A DNA stretch of 64,000 nucleotides from Neocallimastix sp. 'constans' (taxonomy: Eukaryota). The DNA is taken from the NCBI GenBank assembly GCA_050613775.1, contig JBODTK010000016.1, positions 186,001-250,000 of the forward strand, given 5' to 3'. Both the position numbers and the translations under genes were made by a program. This document shows, one piece after another, positions 25,875-43,835 of this stretch; position 1 is the stretch's first letter; each line of letters opens with the position of its first letter. Under the pieces are notes generated by a model. The model was not told where the DNA came from, searched no databases, and saw nothing but the letters and a program-made list of their open reading frames with translations.

Positions 25875-27490
25875 ATTCAAATATTTTATAAAACTTCAGC
25901 TAGATTTCATTTGATTTGATGTATCTTATTTTTATCTTGTTTAGTTCTATAATTTCTCTTTTATGGTGATATCTTACATTAATATGTCTTGGCTTTGGGT
26001 TCACAGTTTCATTTTCACTAATGTGAATAGTAGCTTTGTTATCAACGTTTATAGTAATGCATTTATATTTAAATTTTAATTCGCTAAAAATGTTTTAGTA
26101 CCATAAGCAACATTTATTACAAACGTCAATTTCATAATAGACTTTCAGCAGTAGAAACTGCCACACAATGATGTAATTTTGAATATCAGTATGTAGGTGT
26201 AATTACCAGAAAACCAGTTGTAGATCTTCTTGTTTCTTTATCTCCTCCATAATCTGCATCCATATAAACATTCAATGTTGTATCTTTTGTAAATTTCAGT
26301 CCATAATTTTTGTTCGCTTTGAGATATCAAAATACCTTTATTAAATTATTCTAATCCTCATTAGTAGGTTTATCTGATTTAGGCGAAGCTTCGTTTACTA
26401 CAAATAATATATCAGAGAGCGTATATATTTTTAAATATAATAAACTTTCAATAGCTTGCTTAAACTCTGTAATATTAAATTTCTTACCTTTTAACTCAGG
26501 ATATTCATCCGGAATTATATTTTGAGATGGTTTATAATCATCAATATTAAATTTACCTAATAAAACTTCCAAATATTTCTGTTGGTGAAATATATATCCA
26601 TTTGTTGTTTTATTTTAGTTTTATATCAATAATTGTATCTACTGGACCAATATCAGTTATATTAAATCTTTGTTTCAACAATCGTTAATTTACACCTTCT
26701 TCTTTACCTGTTATGAGTATATCCTCAACATAAATAGTTAACAAACATATTATTTTATTATTTTTACAGACTTACTCTTCAATATTTTAAAACCAATGTG
26801 TATTAATTCTTTATTTATTTAATTATTCCAGGGACGGCCGGATTGCTTCAATCCATATAATGTCTTTTTGAGTTTCCAAAAACTTTTTTTATATCCTTTC
26901 GTACATATATATTGATTACTTAATTCGTTTTTATTAACCTCATTAAATTCCTTATTGTTTATTTGGTTATTTATTTCATTTGATGAATTAATTTCATCAT
27001 TACCTCTCAAATTTTAATTAAATTTTAATTTTTGAATATTATTGTTTTTATACTTATCAAAACTTAGTTGCTCTTTGATTATGTTACCTTTTATGTTATT
27101 ACCTTCGAAATTTTTAATTGAAGAATGATTTTTATTTTTACTCTTAGAATTTTCGATATTTGAATTCAAATTCAAATTCTCATTTATTTGTTTATTTGAA
27201 ATATTTGAAATATTAAATTTATTATTAGTAGTATCATATGAAATTGAGAATTTTTGCTCAATTCCATTTTCTTCGCAAAAATTTGTAAAATTTTTATTAG
27301 TGAATTCTGTCATCAGAACGTATTCACTTTATGTTCTTGTTGTATATATTTTTTATTTTATTATACCATATTTTAAATTTGTTATATATTTCACTTTTGT
27401 TTTTAATGAAGAAAACTCATAAATACTTTGTATAATCATCTAATACAGTGAGAAAAAATATATTTCCATATATTGATGTATCTGGAGAAG
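25875..27490 (-). mobile_element. Degenerate Ty1/copia LTR retrotransposon pol fragments (integrase, RT, RNase H)
   Basis: Integrase FLTVLDDYTKY and NFCEENGIEQKFS; RT KLKKTLYGLKQSGRPWNN and LTIYVEDILITG; RNase H ADYGGDKETRRSTTGF and VAVSTAE. Integrase lies upstream of RT, the copia order. Many stops. Confidence 0.9.
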
Positions 27491-27494
27491 ATAC

Positions 27495-28790
27495 AATGGC
27501 CACTTCGAATATGGCTACTTCGAATATTTGGTCATGCCTTTTTGTTTAAAGAATGCCCAGTCGTATTTCGACACCTTATAAACGACGTTCTTGAAGATAT
27601 TCTCAGTTTTTTCGTTTTTAGCTATATTGATGATATCATTATTTTTTAATCCGATCTTGAAACACATCTCGATCACCTTGACGAAGTTTTACAAAGATTA
27701 AGATCTGGTCTCTATGCCAAATTAGAAAAATGCGAATTTTGCATTCCTTTCTTAGACTTTCTTGGTCATCAAATTTCTACAGATGGTATACTTTTGGACT
27801 ATAAGAAAATATCTTCTATCCTCGAATGGCCCACTCAAACCATTGTTAAAGAAATTTAACAATTTTTAGGATTATTCAACTACTACCAAAGATTTATTCC
27901 GAACTTTGCCAAAATTGCGTAACCTCTCACTTCACTCTTTAAGAAATCTGCTAAGTTCATTTGGTATAAAGAAGTTCAAGAAGCATTCAACCTTATTAAA
28001 TATAAAATTTCTACTGCACCAGTTCTTGTTTAACCAGATTGTGATATCCCATTTATGGTTGAAACTGATTATAACAACTTTGCTATTGGGGCTAGTCATT
28101 TTGATATTCAAAAAACTATTAATCTCTTAAACCAAGATTTTTGGTGGTCTTCTCTCTCTACTAAGGCTAAAGATTATGCTCGCTAGTGTGAAACATGTTT
28201 TCGTACTAAAGAGTCTCGACATAAACCTTATGGATTCCTCCAATCATTTGAAATCCCATCTCACCCTTGGTCTTCGATATCAATAGACTTTATAAAGGAT
28301 CTTCCTAAATCTAATGGTTTCACTTGCATCTTTGTTGTAGTTGATCTATTCTTTAAAATGGCTCATTTCTCTTCCCTTTCAAATGTTCCTTCTGTTACTG
28401 ATACTGCTTCAGTATTTATGAAAACAATCTTTCGCCTTCATGGTCTACCTGATGGCATCATTTCTGATCGAGGTACTCAGTTTACATCTAAATTTTTGAT
28501 TGTCATCTGCAATGCTTTAAACAACAAAATGAAATTTTCAACTCTCTTTCAATACCAGACTAATAGTTTGACGGAGAGGGTGAATTCCATTGTTGAACAA
28601 TACTTAAGATGTTTCACAAATTAAGAAGGTTCCGACTGGAATAAATATTTTTATTTCGCAGAATTCAGTTATAATAATGCTATTCAAGAATTCTCTAACT
28701 TTTATCTTTCTTTGCTAACTATGGATTCAATCCTAAACATTCTCCTGAAATCCCAAACAATATTGACGTCCCTAGAGCTGAAGAATTGGC
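27495..28790 (+). mobile_element. Degenerate Ty3/gypsy (Tf2/chromovirus-like) pol fragments (RT, RNase H, integrase)
   Basis: FEYLVMPF, SYIDDIIIF, YAKLEKCEF..FLDFLGHQI, VETD..FAIGA, HKPYGFLQ..PWSSISIDFI.DLP, GLPDGIISDRGTQFTS, TERVNSIVEQYLRCF. Internal deletions and stops. Confidence 0.92.
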
Positions 28791-29796
28791 AGGAAAGGAA
28801 AGAGGTAGTGAGGTATTCTTTACTAGGAGGAGCGAAATAGTGAAGATATATAGTAAAATTGATATACAAAATCATCGGCATTTTCGACGTTGTCGGAAAA
28901 TAGAGGTTTTTGAATGTTGAACAATTTTTGAAAAGAAGAAGGGTTATCAACATTATTGGATGTTGAATCCAAGAAGGAGAGTTCATAAGGGACTTAGAAG
29001 GATATCAATTTTTTATCAGCTTAAAGATTGGCAACAGTTTGTTTTGTCCATTCTTCAATGTTTGAATTAATAACTTTGTATTCGCGATACAAAGCTCTAC
29101 TGGAGAATTGCTTAGATGAATTAGTCTCATTTAATTTTGTATTACGAATTGTTTCTAAACGTATATGTTTGCTAGAGGTGGTTGTAGGAGGAGATTCTAG
29201 ATTGGCCGACTTAGGAGTAGAAATTGATGCCATAGGAATGACAGGAGTAGTAATAGGGACAACTTCAATAATAGGATCTTTTTCCCTTATTTTTATTTTT
29301 GGATTGAGGTGCAAAGAAGTCTCTAAAAGAGAGGTAAAGAACTTCTGTTGTTTTCACATATCATTGATGAAATATAGTCGGAGACGTTATATTCCTAAAT
29401 ATATACTGTAAGAGCTCATTAGCTTTTCCTTTAAATTTTTCTTTTATATTTATTTCAATTATAACACAATCTATAGAGCTAATGTTAAAGAGAATAACAG
29501 TTTATAGGATACCTTGTAATTACATCTACATAAGCAGCGTAAATAAAACGTTCGTATCTTCAATCTTGGGGTTTACAGTAATTATTAACGAAGGAACTAA
29601 ATTTTCTACTCGTGTAAGTATGTCATTAATACTGTTAGTAATAATTCAGTTACTTGTGAACCTATTCGATTAGGGTAAAAGGTGCCATGTTTTTCTACAA
29701 ATTCCTTATAGTAGTTGATCATTTAAGTACAACTACTTAACACTTAAGATATATCTGTTATGGTCATAATGGGAGATGGGTACTCATTATGTGCTT
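28790..29796 (-). mobile_element. 5' portion (leader plus ORF1-like remnant) of a probable non-LTR retrotransposon
   Basis: GC-richer block with broken minus-strand ORFs. Its 5' end GCACATAATGAGTACCCATCTCCCATTATGACC is homologous to the start of the TSD-flanked insertion at 2541. Confidence 0.45.
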
Positions 29797-30294
29797 CTTA
29801 ATTATTTTTTATGAATATTGTAATTTGATTCTCTTATTTTGTTATAATAATAATGAATATTTTTATTTACAATTTTATTTGTAGGATCAATATTGTTATC
29901 TTTATTATTTATATACTCTTGCTTAGATTTGCTGCTAGTAAGTTTATTTATTTTTGATATTAGTATTAGGTGTTGTTATTCATGTTTATTTTTCATCTGT
30001 ATATTTGTATCAAAATTTATCAATATTTAAATAATTAATAAATTTATTTTTATTTTTCAAACAAAATTTTTGTATTTTTTATACCATTAATATTATTTTT
30101 CGTGTTATTTTTTTGTTTTATTTGTGTTATTTAAGGTGTTACAGGAGTTATTAACTATTTAACATATATTGCTAAAAGAATTTGGTTACAATTATATAAA
30201 CATAAATTAAAAATTTAAAATTTTTTTCTTTAATTCATTGTAATTCATAATATATTAACATTAGTAAATAAAATTTATAAATTAAAATAGATTA

Positions 30295-30560
30295 AATAAA
30301 TAATAAATAATAAATAATAAATAATAAATAATATATAAAATAAATAAATAATTAATAATAAATAATATATAAAATAAATAAATAATTAATAATAAATAAT
30401 ATATAAAATAAATAAATAATTAATAATAAATAATATATAAAATAAATAAATAATTAATAATAAATAATAAATAATAAATAATATATAAAATAAATAAATA
30501 ATTAATAATAAATAATAAATAATAAATAATAAATAAATAAATAAATAAATAAATAAACAA
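30295..30560. repeat. AT minisatellite (~29-bp unit TAATAAATAATATATAAAATAAATAAATAAT) mixed with TAAATAA repeats
   Basis: Unit recurs several times in tandem. Confidence 0.8.
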
Positions 30561-30805
30561 ATAACAATATATAGCTTATAAATTCTCTTCCCCGTCTAAA
30601 AAAAAAAAAAATATAGCTTATAAAAACTTTTTAGATTTATATTTCAAAATTTAGTATTTTAATATAATATTTTAAGAAATAATTTCTATTTAATAAAAGT
30701 ATACCCACGATACGTAAATAATTTTATAATTTATATTCTTATTAAGTTTTATATAATAAATAAATTTATATTTTTTAAAGAAATAAATAAGTAAAATAAT
30801 ATAAT

Positions 30806-33463
30806 ATGGATGATTTCATTTTTGAAGATTTAAAAGGAGACTCAACATTACAAAATTTAAATACAGTAATCGAAAATGAAAATTCTAATTTTAATAATTC
30901 AAGAATAGCTAATGAACAAAATTATATTGAAATTAATGAAATAAATAGTAAAAAAAAGAATAAAAAAAAGAAGAAAATTTTAAAAAAAAATGAAACATAT
31001 AGTAATCCAACGGAGAATAATCCAATTATAATAGATGATGATGTATATATTGATGTGAAAAGTGATGATAGTGATAATAATAATAAAGTAATAAATGGTA
31101 ATGCTTTTGACATTTTAAATAAAATATCATTTAATGATTATATGGATGACGATATCATAAAGGATTATATAGAAAATTGTAAAGATGATGTTACTGATGA
31201 TTCTGAAGAAAGTAATAATGAAATAATTAAAGAATTACTTGATGATTCTGAAAAAAGTAATAATGAAATAATTAATGAATTACTTGATAGTGCACCCGAT
31301 AATAAAAGCGAAGAAGATGAAATTGATTTTTTGAATTCTTCTTTTGCAAAAAATATTATAAAATCAGATGTAGGGGTTGAAACAGAACCAATTGAAATAG
31401 AAATGGATTTAATTAAATTATTAGAGAATAAATTATCTTCAGAAAGTAACGATAGTTCATCAGATGAGTCAGTTGAGTTGAATACTGAATCCTTAAATAG
31501 TAAAATAGATGATCCTCATGAAAATAAAGGAAATTTGATGTTAGTAACCAATGGTAACAATAAGAATAGAAACAATAAAAAGAAAAAAAAGAAGGGAAAG
31601 AAAAATAATAAAAAAAAAGATAATATTGTTAATTCAAAAAAAAATGATATGTTTATTGAAGTTGAAAGTAATAATATTCCTATTACTGAAATAGAAAAAG
31701 CATTATCGAAACTGGGTAAAAAAGATTTAGAAAAAAAAAATAAAATAAATAATAAAATTTCTTCAAATTCTAATCAAATAAATGATAATGACGAAGAAGT
31801 AGAAGTAATCGCTGAAAATATATCTAATAATAGTAATAATACTAAATTAAGAAACAATAAAAAGAGTAAAATTAAAAATTTTATTGAAATTGAGGATGAT
31901 AATAATAGTACTGATAATATTGATATAATTACATTATTGGAGAGTGGTAATAATAATAATTCAAATGATGAGAATGTTATATCTCTTGATGACGATGATA
32001 ACAATAATAATGATGATGATAGTGATGTAGTAATAGTAAGTGATAATATGAGTGTTAATACAATAAGTAGTACTGATAATGATAAAGAAATAATATTAAT
32101 AGATGAAAGTGATGGTGAAGCTAATGATATTGATAATGATGATGATTTTGATGATAGTGATAATGATGATGATGATTTTGATGATAGCGATAACACTAAT
32201 GATACTAATGACACTAATGACGATGATGATACTAATGAAAATGAAAATTCTAGAGAGTTAAATAATAATATATTTCAAAGTAAATTGGGTCAAAAAAAAA
32301 TATTAGTAAGTGACGATGATGATGATTTTTTATATGAAGGCGACTTTGATTCTGGTGATTCTACATGGAATTTAAATGATGGAGCACTTGTAGAAAAACT
32401 AAAGAATTCAAAATTTAAAAATGTTGTAAATGGTAATCAAGATCAATTACTTCGTTTACAAAAAAAAAAGCTTCAAAAGAAAGAATTAGCTCAAAAGAAG
32501 GAATATCTTTTGCAGAAGAAAGAAAATCTTAAAAAAGAAAATAAAAAAATTCAAAAAGTCCTTAAATCTAAAAAAGGAAATAGACTTCATACTTCACCTC
32601 AAGTTTTTAAATATTTAAAACATATTAATATTACAATAAAAGAATTTGTTACTAATGGATTTGAAAGTATTCCATTAGGAAATCTTCCTTCTGAATTAAG
32701 AAAAAGCGTAGGTATGATTGCTATTGAATATAATGTTAAATTAAAAACAAGAGGTTCCGGAAAAAGAAAAATTACAAATCTTATTCGTACCTCAAGAAGC
32801 AAAATACCGGATAATTGGAATAGTATTGTTGAAACGGTATTTAGTAAAACTGAAGCTCAACGCCATTCAAATATGGATGTAAGAAAACGTAATTTAGATA
32901 TGGCAAAGAGACGTGGTAAATATCATAATAATAATAAAAGTAAAGGAAAATCCTCAATCAATAAACCTCAACTTGGTTCTAAAGTTGGTGAAAATGCTAA
33001 TCCAATTTCTGATAGTAATAAAGGTTTTAAATTATTACAAAGTATGGGTTGGACTCCAGGTGAATCTCTTGGAACTAATAATACAAATGGTATTGTCAAT
33101 CCAATTGAAGTTATTGTTAGAGATCAAAGTGGACTTGGTGCATCCTATTTTGATCAAGGATTTTCTCAAAATAAATCTCCGTCGAGTGGTCTCGGCGTAG
33201 ATGATGATATGGATGAATATGAAAAAGATATTTTATATAATAATAAGTCATCTATGTTTTCATCAAATAAAAATAAAAAGAAAAGTAAAGGAAAAGGTAA
33301 AGGATTTAGTAATGACAATATTAATTTAAATAGAAAATCAACTCGAAACTCTAATGGTTCTAATAAGAGAAATAATAAAATTGGTGAAACTGGTGGATTG
33401 GAAAATTCACCATATAATTTTGTTAATTTCCAAAAATCATCCAGTTTATTTACTTCAGATTAA
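30806..33463 (+). CDS. SQS1: R3H and G-patch domain protein (Sqs1/Pfa1-like, Prp43 cofactor); intronless, 885 aa
   Basis: R3H-like SIPLGNLPSELRKSVGMIAIEYNVKLKTRGSGKRKITNLIRT, followed by KVGENANPISDSNKGFKLLQSMGWTPGESLG...GIVNPIEV...SGLG (G-patch). Acidic low-complexity N-terminus. Confidence 0.8.
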   Translation: MDDFIFEDLKGDSTLQNLNTVIENENSNFNNSRIANEQNYIEINEINSKKKNKKKKKILKKNETYSNPTENNPIIIDDDVYIDVKSDDSDNNNKVINGNAFDILNKISFNDYMDDDIIKDYIENCKDDVTDDSEESNNEIIKELLDDSEKSNNEIINELLDSAPDNKSEEDEIDFLNSSFAKNIIKSDVGVETEPIEIEMDLIKLLENKLSSESNDSSSDESVELNTESLNSKIDDPHENKGNLMLVTNGNNKNRNNKKKKKKGKKNNKKKDNIVNSKKNDMFIEVESNNIPITEIEKALSKLGKKDLEKKNKINNKISSNSNQINDNDEEVEVIAENISNNSNNTKLRNNKKSKIKNFIEIEDDNNSTDNIDIITLLESGNNNNSNDENVISLDDDDNNNNDDDSDVVIVSDNMSVNTISSTDNDKEIILIDESDGEANDIDNDDDFDDSDNDDDDFDDSDNTNDTNDTNDDDDTNENENSRELNNNIFQSKLGQKKILVSDDDDDFLYEGDFDSGDSTWNLNDGALVEKLKNSKFKNVVNGNQDQLLRLQKKKLQKKELAQKKEYLLQKKENLKKENKKIQKVLKSKKGNRLHTSPQVFKYLKHINITIKEFVTNGFESIPLGNLPSELRKSVGMIAIEYNVKLKTRGSGKRKITNLIRTSRSKIPDNWNSIVETVFSKTEAQRHSNMDVRKRNLDMAKRRGKYHNNNKSKGKSSINKPQLGSKVGENANPISDSNKGFKLLQSMGWTPGESLGTNNTNGIVNPIEVIVRDQSGLGASYFDQGFSQNKSPSSGLGVDDDMDEYEKDILYNNKSSMFSSNKNKKKSKGKGKGFSNDNINLNRKSTRNSNGSNKRNNKIGETGGLENSPYNFVNFQKSSSLFTSD

Positions 33464-34478
33464 CTTTTTTTTTATTTTATTTTTAATAAATTTGGTAATA
33501 TATATACTATATAAAATTTATAAATTAAAGTGATTATAAAATGTTTTATCTATTTTTATTTTATTTCACATTTTAGGTTTTAAAATATATAGTATACATT
33601 AAATAACAAAACAAAAATAAAAAAAAAAATATTAAATTTTTTTTTTTTTTTTTTTTTTTTTTATACTTTTTTCTTTGTTTTGCAATATTATATAAATATT
33701 TATTAACTTTTTTAAATATAATAATAATAATAATAAAATTGTATTTTTCAATACAACATATTTAATAAATAACCATATGTATTAATTTAAAATATATTTT
33801 TTTTTTTTTTAAAAAAAAAAAATCAAAGGTAAGGTAATAAATCTTAACTTTTTTTTTTCTGGTTATAATTGAAATTGTTTTTTGTAATAAAAAATTTTGG
33901 AAATATGAAGTAATATGCATTATGAACTAAATAAATGAAATAATCGTAAAATTCATTTAACATAGAAAATCAATATATATATTTTTAAAAGTAATTTTTT
34001 TTATCAGACTTAATTTTTAAAGTTTTCTTTATTCTTTTTCTTTTTTCTTTATTCTTTTTCTTTTTTCTTTTTTCTTTTTCTCTTTTTTAATATTATTATT
34101 ATTATTTGTTTATCTACTTTTTTTTTAAAAGTATTTAAATATTAAAATAATTATAAAGATAATAAAGATAATAATTATATCTTTATTTATAATTATGATA
34201 AATTCTTTTAGGCAACTGATTTTTATAAAAGTTTTATTAAATTTAAAATGTTTAATTGATTTAAATAGATTGTATAAATATTCAAAATAAAATAAAATAA
34301 AATAAAATATAAAAATAAGAATTAAAAAATTTTGCCCACTTTTTTTTTTAATACTTATTATATAGTTGATAATTAATATTAATAAAATATTTCTATATAT
34401 AAAATAATATTCTTGAATAGTTTATAAATATATTTGATAATATAAAATTGATAATAATTAGTAACAATAATTAATAAT

Positions 34479-34614
<136 letters not shown>

Positions 34615-34948
34615 TAATAATATAAGATACTACTTTTATATATATATATATATATATAATTTATTATAATTCAAATAAATTAAATATAATATTTAATACA
34701 ATTTTATATCATATTAAATTTAAATTTATAAATATTAAAACAGATATATTTTTTTTCTTTACTCTTTTTTTAATTAATATTATTAATAAATTTTAATGTA
34801 ATGGTAATTTATTGATAAAAATAAAAAGACATAATAAATAATTATTTTTATATATATTATAATTACTTTATTAGTATTCGTAAGATAATTAATGTTAAAA
34901 TTATAAATAATCTTTTTTTTTATAAATATTATAATCATAGTATTTAAA

Positions 34949-37561
34949 ATGTCTTTTGGAGGAATTTTTGCTGAAGCTATAAAGACTGCTGCTAAAGTTT
35001 GACCAAAACCAGCAGTTACACTTATTATGGTACAGCTGGTTTCCGTACTAAGTAAATAATATTTTATTAATTAAAAGCTTTTTTTTTTTAATTATTTAAA
35101 TTTTATTTTTTTTAATAGTATAGATTATTTTATTATATATATATATATATAAAAGAAACTATTTTCAATGAATAAAAGGAGATAATGAAAATTAATTTTT
35201 TGTAAATTAAAATAATAATATTAATCAAATAATTAAACAACTGTATTTAAAATAAAAACTAAAGTATAATATATTATATAAATAATTTTTAAAAAAAAAT
35301 CACTGAATTTTTTTAACACACATCTATTTATTAAAAAAAAAATAATGGATGAAGCATTGTTTTGTTATAAATACATTAATTTATTTTTTATTTATTACAT
35401 TAAAAAGGGGTGACTTACTTCCTTCAGTTATGTTCCGTATCGGTCTTTTAGCTGTTCTTCGTTCTAAGGTTCTTGGCAAGACTATTGGTGTTTTGATCAC
35501 AGCTTCTCACAACCCAGAAGCTGTAAGTTTTAATAAATATTCATATTTAAAAATATTTCATAAAAAAAACAATAATAATATAATAATTTAATAATTTAAT
35601 AATATAATTATATAATAATAAAACAATAAATAAAATACCATAATAAAATAATAAAATTATTATATTATAATAAATAATACAACAATATAATATTATAAAA
35701 TTTTAATAATGTAAAAATACATAATTTACAATAAAATTGAATAAATAGGATAATGGCGTAAAGTTAGTTGAACCATTGGGTGAAATGTTAAAGCAATCCT
35801 GGGAAGGTTATGCTACTGAATTAGCTAACGCTTCAACTGAAGATGCCATGCTAGATTCTTTAAAGAAGGTTATTGATGAAGAAAAGATCCCAATGAATGT
35901 TAATTCCAAAGTTGTCATTGCTAGAGATACTAGGTAAATATATTGAAATTTAATATTATAACATAAACATTTTATTACTAAAATTAATATATATCCTAAA
36001 TAATTAATAATATTTAAAAATAATGAAAAATCTATGATTCAAAATAATAGACCAAGTGGTGAACTTTTAGTTAAGACTTTACTAGACGGTCTTAATGTTA
36101 TGAAGGCTGATATTAAGAATTATGATATGTTAACTACTCCACAACTTCACTATATGGTTAGATGCATTAACACAAAAGGTACACCAGATGCCTATGGTGA
36201 ACCAACTACTATTGGTTACTACAACAAGTTACACTCTGCCTTCAAGAAGTTCATTGTAGTTATTTTAAATTTAAATAAAATGGAAAAATCAAATTTAAAG
36301 AAATAATTATTAAAATTAGATTTCTTTTAATAATTTTTTTTACTGTAATAGGTTGGCAAACCAAAGTTATCTGAACTTCATGTTGATTGTGCCAATGGTG
36401 TTGGTGCTCCAAAATTAAAGGAATTGATTAATGTTATAAGTAATGATATTGCCATTAAGGTTGAAAATGATCAAATTACCTAAGTTAAACCAAGCCAAAC
36501 CAGAAGGTATGGACTTAAAGCCAGGAATTCGTGCTTGTTCTCTTGATAGTGATGCTGACCGTATTGTTTACTACTACGCTGATAAGGGTAAAATATTATA
36601 ACATTAAGAATATGTAGTTTTTCAGAAAAAAAAAAAAAGTTATAATAATTATATACAATTTATTATTATCTTTTCTTTTTTTCATAAATGTGAAAGTAAT
36701 TATTTATAAATAATTAATTTATTTAATAAAAATATTTTTACTTTTTTTTTTTTTTTAAATAATTAAAAAAAGATAACAAATTTAGACTTTTAGATGGAGA
36801 TAAGATTGCTTCTTTAACTGCTGGTTACATCATGGATATGGCTAAGATTGCTAACATTGAAGTTCAAAGAGAAGATGGTAGTAAGAGTCCACTTAAGATT
36901 GGTGTTGTTCAAACTGCTTATGCTAACGGCAGTTCTACTGACTATCTTCGTAACAAGCTTAACATTCCAGTTTCATTTACCCAAACAGGTGTTAAGCATC
37001 TTCACCATGAAGCCTTAAAGTATGATGTTGGTGTTTACTTTGAAGCTAATGGTCATGGTACTGTTCTTTTCAGTGATGCCGCTATTAAGGCCTTCAAGAG
37101 TGCTAACTGTTCAACTCCAGAACAAGAAAAGGCCATTGAAAGTTTAATTGGTTTAACTGAACTTATTAACCAAGCTGTTGGTGATGCTATCTCTGATATG
37201 CTTTTAGTTGAAGCTATCTTAACTGTTCGTGAATGGACTTTAGAACAATGGGACTCTCAATACACTGATCTTCCAAGCAGACAAGAAAAAGTTAAGGTAG
37301 CTGATAGACATCAATTCAAATGTATTAAGGCTGATACTAAATTAGAATCACCAAAAGAACTTCAGGGATATTATTTTCGCTGAAGTTAAGAAATATTCAA
37401 ATGGTCGTTGCTTCGTCAGACCATCTGATACTGAAGATATTGTTCGTGTTTATGCTGAAGCTGATACTAGAGAAAATGCTGATAAGCTTAATTACACCAT
37501 TTCTGGTATTGTTTTCGATAAGTTTGGTGGTGTTGGTGAAAGACCGTCTTACTACTTATAA
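34949..37561 (+). pseudogene. AGM1: Phosphoacetylglucosamine mutase (AGM1/PCM1/PGM3), 6 exons, disrupted
   Basis: Exons about 34949-35051, 35408-35522, 35749-35932, 36051-36256, 36352-36587, 36773-37561. Motifs YGTAGFRT, TASHNP..DNGVK, TTPQLHY, DCANGVG, YFEANGHGT, VRVYAEA. Lesions: TGA at 35000, frameshift in exon 1, deletion plus TAA at 36481, frameshift near 37365, DGDAD to DSDAD, RPSGTED to RPSDTED. Confidence 0.9.
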
Positions 37562-37715
37562 ATGAAATAAAATAAGACCTTAAAAAAGATATACTAAAAA
37601 AAATAGAAATATTTAAAAATTAAAAAAAGATCATATCAACATGAAAATATATATATATATATATAAGTGATACTAAATTAGTCAATATAAATTAAATAAA
37701 GTATAGTTTATTTGT

Positions 37716-37763
<48 letters not shown>

Positions 37764-38059
37764 AAAAAAAATTAAATAAATAAAATAAAAATATTTTTAT
37801 TTACTAAAGGAAAGAGAACAATATTGAAAAAGAAAAAAATAACATTAGCAAATTAATCAAATAATCATTGAATTAAAAAAAAAAAAAAAAAATTTAAAAT
37901 AAAATAAAATAAAAATATTTAGTAATAATGCTATATTATTGTCTCTTTTTTCTTTTTGGTTATCATAAGATAAAAGTACATTTTTTTAATTGTTTTATAT
38001 TTAATGGTATTAAAAAATATAAGTATTATGGATGTTTAGATATGATTGATATAAAGTAT

Positions 38060-38102
<43 letters not shown>

Positions 38103-38205
38103 TTGGAGTTTAATAATGATATTATTGATTTTTATTATTATTTTTATTTTATTAGATTATAATTTATTTTATAAAAAATATTGTTTATTATTATTTTATT
38201 TTGTA

Positions 38206-38239
<34 letters not shown>

Positions 38240-38703
38240 TTTTTGGGGGGGGTAGTATAATAGGATAAATAAAGGTCCAATTGATTTGTATTAGATTATT
38301 AATTAATTGAATAAAAATAATATTTTTAAAATATTTAAATATTAATATATTATTTATGATAAAAGGAAATTGAATTTTATTTTTAAAAAAATTTTTTTTT
38401 TCTCTTTTTTTTTTTGTGAATTGTTTTAATTAAATTTTATTCATCAAATTATATGAATATAAACGAAATGAATTTTAATTAAAATTTATCCATTCATTCA
38501 AAAACTTATTATAAATGAGCAATAACAAACTTAGAAACGTGGAAAGTATACTATATTTGCATAATCATTATTTACTACTACTACTATATATTAATATTTT
38601 TTATTAATTAATAAATAAAGCAATTGAAGTATATTTTATTCCAAGTTTAAAAAAAAAAGTTTTAATTAAATTTTTTGAAAAACTTTAAAAAGTTTATTTT
38701 TGA

Positions 38704-38734
<31 letters not shown>

Positions 38735-38885
38735 ATATCAAGAATTATACACATATATATTTAATCTAATTGAATAATTACTTTTTTTTATTGTTTTGAA
38801 ATATTTAATTTTTATTAATTTAAAAAATAAAAAAATAATAAAAGAAATAAAAGTTTAATATAATTATATTTAATAGTAGACAAAA

Positions 38886-43835
<4,950 letters not shown>

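Noticed and set aside
31774..32214. Ser/Leu-rich minus-strand ORFs within SQS1
   Set aside because: Antisense shadow of Asp/Asn-rich coding sequence.
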